Part shown: positions 26,438 through 32,000 of the stretch, piece by piece
Layout of the letters: each line of letters starts with the position of its first letter
How positions within the stretch are numbered: the stretch's first letter is position 1
Origin: Xylanibacter ruminicola 23
GTDB taxonomy: Bacteria; Bacteroidota; Bacteroidia; Bacteroidales; Bacteroidaceae
Length of the DNA stretch: 32,000 nucleotides
Direction: 5' to 3'
Assembly: GCF_000025925.1 (NCBI RefSeq)
Contig: NC_014033.1
Location: 690,001 to 722,000, forward strand
Notes under the pieces: generated by a model
Databases searched by the model: none
The model's input: the letters and a program-made list of their open reading frames with translations, nothing else
Told to the model about the DNA's origin: nothing
Program-made: the position numbers and the translations under genes

Positions 26438-27220
26438 ATGATTATTTGTCCAGCTTGTAAAGAAGAAATAGAAGACGATTCACATTACTGCGACCAATGT
26501 GGACAGCAGTTGCTGTTCTGTAAGCAGTGCGGTCATGTGGGGCTTGGACGTCGTTGTACACGTTGCGGCGGCATGATGGCTTTGCCTGCAGGTAGCATGG
26601 CAGCAGCCAATGCCGGAGCAAATCCCATGGGCGCTCCTATGGGCAACCCGATGGCTAATCCTATGGGCAACCCGATGGCTAATCCTATGGGTAACCCAAT
26701 GGGTAGTCCTGCTGGTAATCCTGGGGTAGGGGCTGCTGTGCGCCCTGGTGTAAACATCAGCGTTACACCCAGTGCCTCAGTATCGCGCGCCGCAAATGTA
26801 CCACCAGCACAACAACAGCAGCCTGTATCACCACGCACATCCAATGCGCAGAACATTGCAGCCAGCATATCGGTAGGTCCTGCTATCTCTATTGCTCAGG
26901 CAGGTGCCGGTCGTTCAAGCATGCCGATGATGACGTTGGTTAACGAAAGTCTCAATATACGTATCACAGCTATGAACGGTGCCATTATCGGTCGCCGTAA
27001 GGGTCCGTACGTTCAGTTCTTCGAGCAGAATTCGTACGTATCGGGTATTCATGCCCAGCTCAAGTACAAGTCAGGCGCAGGTTGGTTTGTTATCGATATG
27101 AACTCGTCAAACGGTACCAGAATTAATCAGGCTCCTATCCAGCCCGAGACCGAGAACCCGTTAAAGAATGGCGACGTGCTGTCGATTGCCAATGTCAACC
27201 TTCAAGTAGTAATTAGATAG
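26438..27220 (+). CDS. double zinc-ribbon / low-complexity / FHA domain protein
   Basis: N-terminus CPAC..CDQCG followed by CKQCG..CTRCGG. A ~130-aa Ala/Gly/Pro/Met/Asn low-complexity linker contains NPMG repeats. The C-terminal FHA signature is IIGRR....VSGIHAQL......FVIDMNSSNGTRIN......L.NGDVLSIANV. Confidence 0.88.
   Translation: MIICPACKEEIEDDSHYCDQCGQQLLFCKQCGHVGLGRRCTRCGGMMALPAGSMAAANAGANPMGAPMGNPMANPMGNPMANPMGNPMGSPAGNPGVGAAVRPGVNISVTPSASVSRAANVPPAQQQQPVSPRTSNAQNIAASISVGPAISIAQAGAGRSSMPMMTLVNESLNIRITAMNGAIIGRRKGPYVQFFEQNSYVSGIHAQLKYKSGAGWFVIDMNSSNGTRINQAPIQPETENPLKNGDVLSIANVNLQVVIR
26639..26710 (+). repeat. 24-nt tandem repeat (2 perfect copies + 1 diverged) encoding MGNPMANP
   Basis: atgggcaacccgatggctaatcct occurs at 26639-26662 and identically at 26663-26686. 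A third copy, atgggtaacccaatgggtagtcct, lies at 26687-26710. Confidence 0.9.
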
Positions 27221-27235
27221 TAATATTTAAAAACA

Positions 27236-27979
27236 ATGATAACAATACACATGACAGCAGCCAGCAAAGTAGGCTGCGTGCGTAGTCAGAACGAAGACAT
27301 GGTGCTGCTTGGCAGTCATTTCGTGAGGAATGATGCTTTTAGCACACGCGTAGACCTGACCAATAGCGACCGTTATATCATGGCTGTGGCCGATGGTATG
27401 GGTGGACATAATCGTGGTGATGTGGCCAGCAGTGATGCGCTGCATAACCTGGAGTTCTATTTTCACGATCTGCCCACAGGTCTTAGACCCGAATCCATCA
27501 AAGATAAGTTTGAGGATTGGTTAGACTCCATCAACAACATCATCGATTCAAAGGGTCGCTCCGACGAGCAGTATAAAGGTATGGGTACCACATTGGTAGG
27601 CTTGGCCTTCTACGAGGGCCAGTTCTATACGCTGAATTGTGGCGACAGTCGCTTGTATCGTTTCCGCGATGGCGATCTTACCCAGCTTACATCCGATCAC
27701 TCGCTCAGCAACATGCTCGGCTCTTCGCAGCATTCTAACGTTATCACTAACTGTATCGGTGGCGGTGCTACAAGCTCGTTTATCGATATTGTGAACATAA
27801 CCGATGATATCAAGGAGGGCGATGTTTACATGCTGTGCAGCGACGGACTCACTGATATGTTGCCCGATTCCATTATCTACACACTTCTTGCCGAAGGTTC
27901 TGACGCCAACACCCTCTGCGATGCCGCTGTGGCCGCTGGAGGCTTGGACAACGTGTCGTGTTGTGTGTTGCAATTCTAA
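27236..27979 (+). CDS. PP2C-family Ser/Thr protein phosphatase (Stp/PrpC-like)
   Basis: The PP2C motifs are present: VRSQNEDM, VADGMGGHNRGDVAS, GMGTTLVGL, NCGDSRLY, LCSDGLTD and GGLDNVSCCVL. Confidence 0.92.
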   Translation: MITIHMTAASKVGCVRSQNEDMVLLGSHFVRNDAFSTRVDLTNSDRYIMAVADGMGGHNRGDVASSDALHNLEFYFHDLPTGLRPESIKDKFEDWLDSINNIIDSKGRSDEQYKGMGTTLVGLAFYEGQFYTLNCGDSRLYRFRDGDLTQLTSDHSLSNMLGSSQHSNVITNCIGGGATSSFIDIVNITDDIKEGDVYMLCSDGLTDMLPDSIIYTLLAEGSDANTLCDAAVAAGGLDNVSCCVLQF

Positions 27980-28000
27980 AAAAGAGAGGAAAAATAAGAA

Positions 28001-28918
28001 ATGCCACTAAGATTACCAGACAGACTGCCCGCTATTGATATTCTGAAGAACGAGAATATCTTTGTGATGGATAACTCGCGGGCAACAACACAGGATATCC
28101 GTCCGCTGAAGATTGTGATTCTGAACCTGATGCCTCTGAAGATAACCACAGAGACCGATCTGGTTAGATTGCTTTCAAACACACCATTGCAGATGGAGAT
28201 TAACTTTATGAAGTTAAAGAGTCATACCCCTAAGAACACGCCGATAGAGCACATGATGATGTTCTATCGCGACTTTGAGTCGATGCGCAACGAGAAGTTT
28301 GATGGTATGATTATTACAGGTGCGCCTGTAGAGACGATGGACTTTGAAGATGTAACCTACTGGGACGAGATTACCGATATCTTTGCTTGGGCCAAAACCC
28401 ACGTCACCAGTACCTTATATATATGTTGGGCAGCTCAGGCTGGCCTTTATTACCATTATGGTGTGCCCAAGTACCCCTTGGAAAAGAAGATGTTCGGCAT
28501 CTTCCCACAAACACCCGTGGATACCAAACTGCCCATCTTCCGTGGGTTCGACGATGTGTTTATGATGCCTCACAGTCGTCATACCGAGATACATCGCGAG
28601 GATATTTTGGCCAACCCCGAGCTTACGTTGCTGGCCGAGTCACCCGAGAGTGGTGTCAGCATGGTGATGGCGCGTGGCGGTCGTGAGTTCTACATTACCG
28701 GTCACCTGGAGTATGCGCCAAACACACTCGACAATGAGTATAAGCGTGATCGTGGTATCCGCGACGATGTGGATATGCCAAAGAATTACTATCGCGATGA
28801 TAATCCTGACAACGCCCCAGTAGTAACCTGGCGTGCACATGCCAACCTGCTGTACAACAACTGGATTAACTACTACGTTTACCAGGAAACACCGTATAAT
28901 ATCGACGAAATTAAATAA
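28001..28918 (+). CDS. metA: homoserine O-acyltransferase MetA
   Basis: Collinear with E. coli MetA as I recall it: MPLRLPDRLPAIDILKNENIFVM, IRPLKIVILNLMP, FDGMIITGAP, HVTSTLYICWAAQAGLY, PHSRH, GHLEY, NWINYYVYQ. Confidence 0.93.
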   Translation: MPLRLPDRLPAIDILKNENIFVMDNSRATTQDIRPLKIVILNLMPLKITTETDLVRLLSNTPLQMEINFMKLKSHTPKNTPIEHMMMFYRDFESMRNEKFDGMIITGAPVETMDFEDVTYWDEITDIFAWAKTHVTSTLYICWAAQAGLYYHYGVPKYPLEKKMFGIFPQTPVDTKLPIFRGFDDVFMMPHSRHTEIHREDILANPELTLLAESPESGVSMVMARGGREFYITGHLEYAPNTLDNEYKRDRGIRDDVDMPKNYYRDDNPDNAPVVTWRAHANLLYNNWINYYVYQETPYNIDEIK

Positions 28919-28923
28919 GCTTA

Positions 28924-30708
28924 GTGACTGCATTAGAACTTTTAGCTCCAGCCAAGAATTTGGCTTGCGGCATAGCTGCCATCGATCATGGTGCCGATGC
29001 CGTTTATATCGGTGCGCCCAAGTTTGGCGCCCGTGCAGCCGTAGGCAACAGCATCGACGATATTCGCCAACTTTGTGATTATGCTCATCAGTTTGGTGCC
29101 AAAATCTATGTTACGCTCAACACCATCGTTTACGATCATGAGCTCGACGAGGCGCAGAAACTGATTGATCAGCTGGCCGGGATAGGCGTAGATGCCATTC
29201 TGGTGCAGGATATGGGCTTGCTGCAGTTTATGAACGGTAAGCCTTTCGAGATTCACGCCTCTACGCAGACCGATAACCGCTCAGCCGACAAGGTACGTTG
29301 GCTCAAGCAGGTAGGTTTTTCGCGTGCCGTTCTGGCGCGTGAGCTCTCGGCCGAGGAGATTGCCGAGATTCATCGCGAGGTGCCTGATATCGAACTCGAG
29401 GTGTTTGTGCATGGTGCCTTGTGCGTTAGCTATTCGGGCATCTGCTATGCCTCGCAGCATTGTTTCCAGCGTAGCGCCAACCGTGGTGAGTGCGCCCAGT
29501 TCTGTCGTATGCGTTTCTCGTTGGTCGATGCCGATGGCGAGGAGATAGAACACGAGCGTTACCTGCTCTCGCTCAAGGATATGAACCAGAGCGATAATCT
29601 GGATAAACTTATCGAGGCGGGTGCCGTATCGTTTAAGATCGAGGGCCGCCTCAAGGATGTTACTTACGTTAAGAACGTAACCGCTGCTTATAGCGAGCGC
29701 CTTAACGCCTATATCCGTAAGCATGCCGACCAGTATTGTCGTGCGTCAAAGGGCCGTTGCGAATACACGTTTACACCCAATCTCAATCGTACGTTTAACC
29801 GCGGCTACACCACTTACTTTATGAATGGTCGCCAGCCTAATATCGCCTCGTTCGATACACCAAAGGCGGTGGGCGAGTTTGTGGGTAAAGTTAAGGAGAT
29901 TCGTCACGATAGCTTTAACGTGGCCGGTACCGCCAGCTTTGCTAACGGCGACGGCTTGTGCTTCCTGAATCAGGATCGCCAGTTCGAAGGCTTCCGTGCC
30001 AACCGCGTGGTGGGTAATCGCATCTATCCTTTTAAGATGCCTGCTGGTTTGCGCCCGGGCATGTCGCTCTATCGTAACAACGATCAGGAGTTCGAGCGTA
30101 TTCTCTCTAAGCCCAGCGCTACCCGTAAGATTCCTGTAAGCATAGCCCTGCGTGCTGTGGCTGATGGCTTTGAGTTAAGTGCCGAAGGTGTAACGGTACA
30201 CTTTGCGGCCGAACATCAGATAGCCCAGAAGTCGCCTCGTGAGAATCTGGTTCGTCAGCTCTCAAAGCTGGGCGATACCATCTATGAGTGCCAGGAGGTT
30301 AACGTACCCGACGATTTTAATTATTTCATCCCCAATAGTCAGCTCACCGACATGCGCCGCCAACTGGTCGAGGCCCTTGTACAGCCCCAGCGCCAGGTAA
30401 AGCAGGCCAAGGTGGGTGCTAATCCAGGTGTAGACAAGCTCAGTTATCAGAATAACATCTCCAACCGCCAGTCGGCTGCCTTCTATGGTACCGATAAACT
30501 CTCGGCCTATGAGCTGAAAGGTGGCGACGGACCTATCATGCAGTGCCGTCATTGCATCCGTTATTCGTTGGGCTACTGCGTAAAGCGCGGCGGCAAACGC
30601 CCCACGTGGCACGAACCGCTTTCTCTCGTATTAGGCGATGGACGCCGATTCCGTCTTGAGTTTGATTGTCAACATTGTCAGATGAACGTCTATGCGTCGA
30701 CTCGTTAG
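28924..30708 (+). CDS. U32-family protein (peptidase U32 / RlhA-YdcP-like Fe-S enzyme)
   Basis: GTG start. The U32 N-terminus is ELLAPAKN...AIDHGADAVYIG..KFGAR. The conserved Cys cluster is CVSYSGICYASQHCFQRSANRGECAQFCR, and FKIEGR is present. The C-terminal extension ends in CRHC..C...CQHC. Confidence 0.88.
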   Translation: MTALELLAPAKNLACGIAAIDHGADAVYIGAPKFGARAAVGNSIDDIRQLCDYAHQFGAKIYVTLNTIVYDHELDEAQKLIDQLAGIGVDAILVQDMGLLQFMNGKPFEIHASTQTDNRSADKVRWLKQVGFSRAVLARELSAEEIAEIHREVPDIELEVFVHGALCVSYSGICYASQHCFQRSANRGECAQFCRMRFSLVDADGEEIEHERYLLSLKDMNQSDNLDKLIEAGAVSFKIEGRLKDVTYVKNVTAAYSERLNAYIRKHADQYCRASKGRCEYTFTPNLNRTFNRGYTTYFMNGRQPNIASFDTPKAVGEFVGKVKEIRHDSFNVAGTASFANGDGLCFLNQDRQFEGFRANRVVGNRIYPFKMPAGLRPGMSLYRNNDQEFERILSKPSATRKIPVSIALRAVADGFELSAEGVTVHFAAEHQIAQKSPRENLVRQLSKLGDTIYECQEVNVPDDFNYFIPNSQLTDMRRQLVEALVQPQRQVKQAKVGANPGVDKLSYQNNISNRQSAAFYGTDKLSAYELKGGDGPIMQCRHCIRYSLGYCVKRGGKRPTWHEPLSLVLGDGRRFRLEFDCQHCQMNVYASTR

Positions 30709-31624
30709 TCTCCTGTTCGTCTCCATCCTGTTATGTGGCTGCTATAACCGTGGCCCCATCACGCCCGATGCCTGGGATCTGACCGAGAAACAGCTCGACT
30801 CCATCTCGTTCTACACCACCCATCATTACACCCAGAACTACAATTTTGTGGTAACGGGCGATTCGCTGGTGGTGGTTAAGCAGCAGCCCGAGGATATGTC
30901 GGTGCCCGATGTGGTAACGTTCGAGCTGCAGTCGATGGGCGAGGAGATGAAGAAGGATTCTATCACTCTGCGCCGCAACGAGCATGTGGTGGTGGCCGAT
31001 ATCAAGACGGTACCCACCGATACCATCGATTCTGTGTGGGTAAAGGTGGCGCGCGATCAGCTTACTTTTGGATGGGTACACGAAAACGAGCTTCTCTCAA
31101 AGGTGTCGCCCGATGACCCAATCAGTCAGTTCATCGATTACTTCTCCGATAAGCACCTGCTGGTGTTTATGGCCTTCTGCGTGCTTACGGGTGCCGCTTA
31201 TGGTTTGCGCCGCCTGATGCGTAAGGGTTGTAAGATTGTGCATTTCAATGATATCGCCTCGTTCTATCCCACAGCGCTCTGTCTGCTCATAGCCTCGTCG
31301 GCTGTGCTGTATAGTAGCATCCAGCTGTTTGCCCCCGAAACCTGGCGACATTTCTATTATCATCCCTCGCTCAATCCGTTTGCGCTGCCGTTCTGGCTGG
31401 GCGTATTCATCTCGTCGGTATGGGCGCTCATCATCTGGTCGTTGGCAACCGTCGATGATGTGTACCACCGTTTGCCCCTGGGCGAGGCCATCATGTATCT
31501 GGTAGGATTGGCAGCCGTGTGTGCTGTTATCTATGTGGTGTTCAGCATCACTACCTTGTATTATGTAGGCTATCCGTTGCTGATAGCATACTTCTATTTC
31601 GCCATCAAACGTCTGAAGCTTTAA
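30692..31624 (+). CDS. hypothetical membrane lipoprotein
   Basis: Lipobox-like signal MRRLVSLLFVSILLCGC, a ~140-aa soluble N-domain, then at least four hydrophobic helices. It overlaps the U32 gene by 17 nt. Confidence 0.65.
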   Translation: MRRLVSLLFVSILLCGCYNRGPITPDAWDLTEKQLDSISFYTTHHYTQNYNFVVTGDSLVVVKQQPEDMSVPDVVTFELQSMGEEMKKDSITLRRNEHVVVADIKTVPTDTIDSVWVKVARDQLTFGWVHENELLSKVSPDDPISQFIDYFSDKHLLVFMAFCVLTGAAYGLRRLMRKGCKIVHFNDIASFYPTALCLLIASSAVLYSSIQLFAPETWRHFYYHPSLNPFALPFWLGVFISSVWALIIWSLATVDDVYHRLPLGEAIMYLVGLAAVCAVIYVVFSITTLYYVGYPLLIAYFYFAIKRLKL

Positions 31625-32000
31625 ACCAGCATCAGGTCGCTCATAATCATATCGCTTACAAAGAGTCCTTCTTTTGTGAGCGATATTTTTTGGTCGTTGA
31701 GTTTCAGCAATCCCGCCTCCAGATGGCGCTGGGCGTTTTTCAGACAGTAGGCACGCTGCTGGTCGGTCAGCGTGCTCAGGTCTAATCCCTCGCAGGTGCG
31801 CAGGGCCACGGTCACGGCATCGTTATAGCGTGTGTCCTCGTCCAGCGTCTCTGCCTCAAAGCATCGCTCGCCTTGCTCCATGGCGGTGATGTACTGCTGG
31901 ATATCGGCCACGTTCCAGCTGCGTGTCTGGATGTCGAACGAGTGGGCAGCGGCGCCGATACCGATATACGGTATGCCCTTCCAGTAGCTGCTGTTATGGC
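31621..32000 (-). CDS. hemW: radical SAM heme chaperone HemW / HemN-like, C-terminal part (5' end lies outside the window)
   Basis: The reading frame stays open to the window edge. Its translation, HNSSYWKGIPYIGIGAAAHSFD...WNVADIQQYI...LTKEGLFVSDMIMSDL, matches the HemN_C/HemW C-terminal pattern. The GTG at 31911 in the ORF track is internal. Confidence 0.8.
   Translation of the reverse strand, partial: HNSSYWKGIPYIGIGAAAHSFDIQTRSWNVADIQQYITAMEQGERCFEAETLDEDTRYNDAVTVALRTCEGLDLSTLTDQQRAYCLKNAQRHLEAGLLKLNDQKISLTKEGLFVSDMIMSDLMLV

Noticed and set aside
26533-26868. 111-aa - strand ORF rich in GLPIGLAIGLP repeats
   Set aside because: It is the reverse-complement reading of the NPMG repeat/linker of the FHA protein. 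The + strand frame continues into clear zinc-ribbon and FHA domains.
18744-27979. Reading the kinase/FHA/PP2C/AAA+ cluster as a T6SS or T7SS (type VI or VII secretion system) regulatory module, or as a mobile anti-phage defence island
   Set aside because: No T6SS/T7SS structural genes (Hcp, VgrG, TssBC, EssC/EccC, WXG100) are present. There is also no integrase, transposase, tRNA boundary, nuclease or toxin gene in the window. Flanks are housekeeping genes and codon usage looks similar to the neighbours by eye. A conflict-related role cannot be excluded, but nothing in the sequence supports it.
31621-31624. Convergent overlap of the stop codons (TTAA) of the membrane lipoprotein gene and hemW
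   Set aside because: It is real but trivial genome compaction, with no room for a regulatory element. I note it only because no terminator is visible for the long + strand unit.
1-32000. Scan for tRNA, rRNA, CRISPR arrays, IS elements and long inverted repeats
   Set aside because: By eye I saw no cloverleaf-type GTTCGAATC-like T-arm motifs, no regularly spaced direct repeats outside coding repeats, and no transposase- or integrase-like ORFs.

Overview
The window looks like a core chromosomal segment of a Bacteroidota genome, probably Bacteroidales and Prevotella-like. That placement is an inference from TAnnTTTG -7 promoter boxes, the absence of Shine-Dalgarno sequences, and protein content. 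About 27 genes are tightly packed, and I found no rRNA, tRNA, CRISPR array, integrase or transposase. All domain calls come from motifs read by eye in the ORF track, with no database search. Recognisable housekeeping genes are ruvX-def, the conserved thrS-infC-rpmI-rplT block, tex, an ABC-F ATPase, an M13 (PepO-like) metallopeptidase, metA, a U32-family Fe-S protein and a partial hemW. There is also a small YtxH/holin-like envelope-stress operon. Two signalling modules stand out. (1) At 8261-10807 (- strand) a partner-switching pair has a membrane Cache-type sensor, a PP2C/SpoIIE phosphatase and an RsbW-type kinase fused in one 738-aa protein, followed by a STAS antagonist; no sigma factor is nearby. 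(2) The main candidate for an undescribed system is a five-gene apparent operon at 18744-27979 (+ strand). It encodes a multi-zinc-ribbon/coiled-coil protein; a 1150-aa Hanks-type Ser/Thr kinase with Pro-rich LDGTVR repeats, a ~450-aa domain I cannot assign and a C-terminal 5-TM anchor; a 1101-aa protein with an N-terminal zinc ribbon plus four tandem CbbX/SpoVK/EccA-class AAA+ modules, the first with a degenerate Walker B; a zinc-ribbon/low-complexity/FHA protein; and a PP2C phosphatase. This is a complete phospho-Thr writer/reader/eraser set whose only plausible output is a giant AAA+ remodeller. No secretion, cell-wall, nuclease or toxin genes accompany it. Minor observations include a candidate promoter-plus-terminator sRNA at the left edge and a GC-rich hairpin between infC and rpmI.
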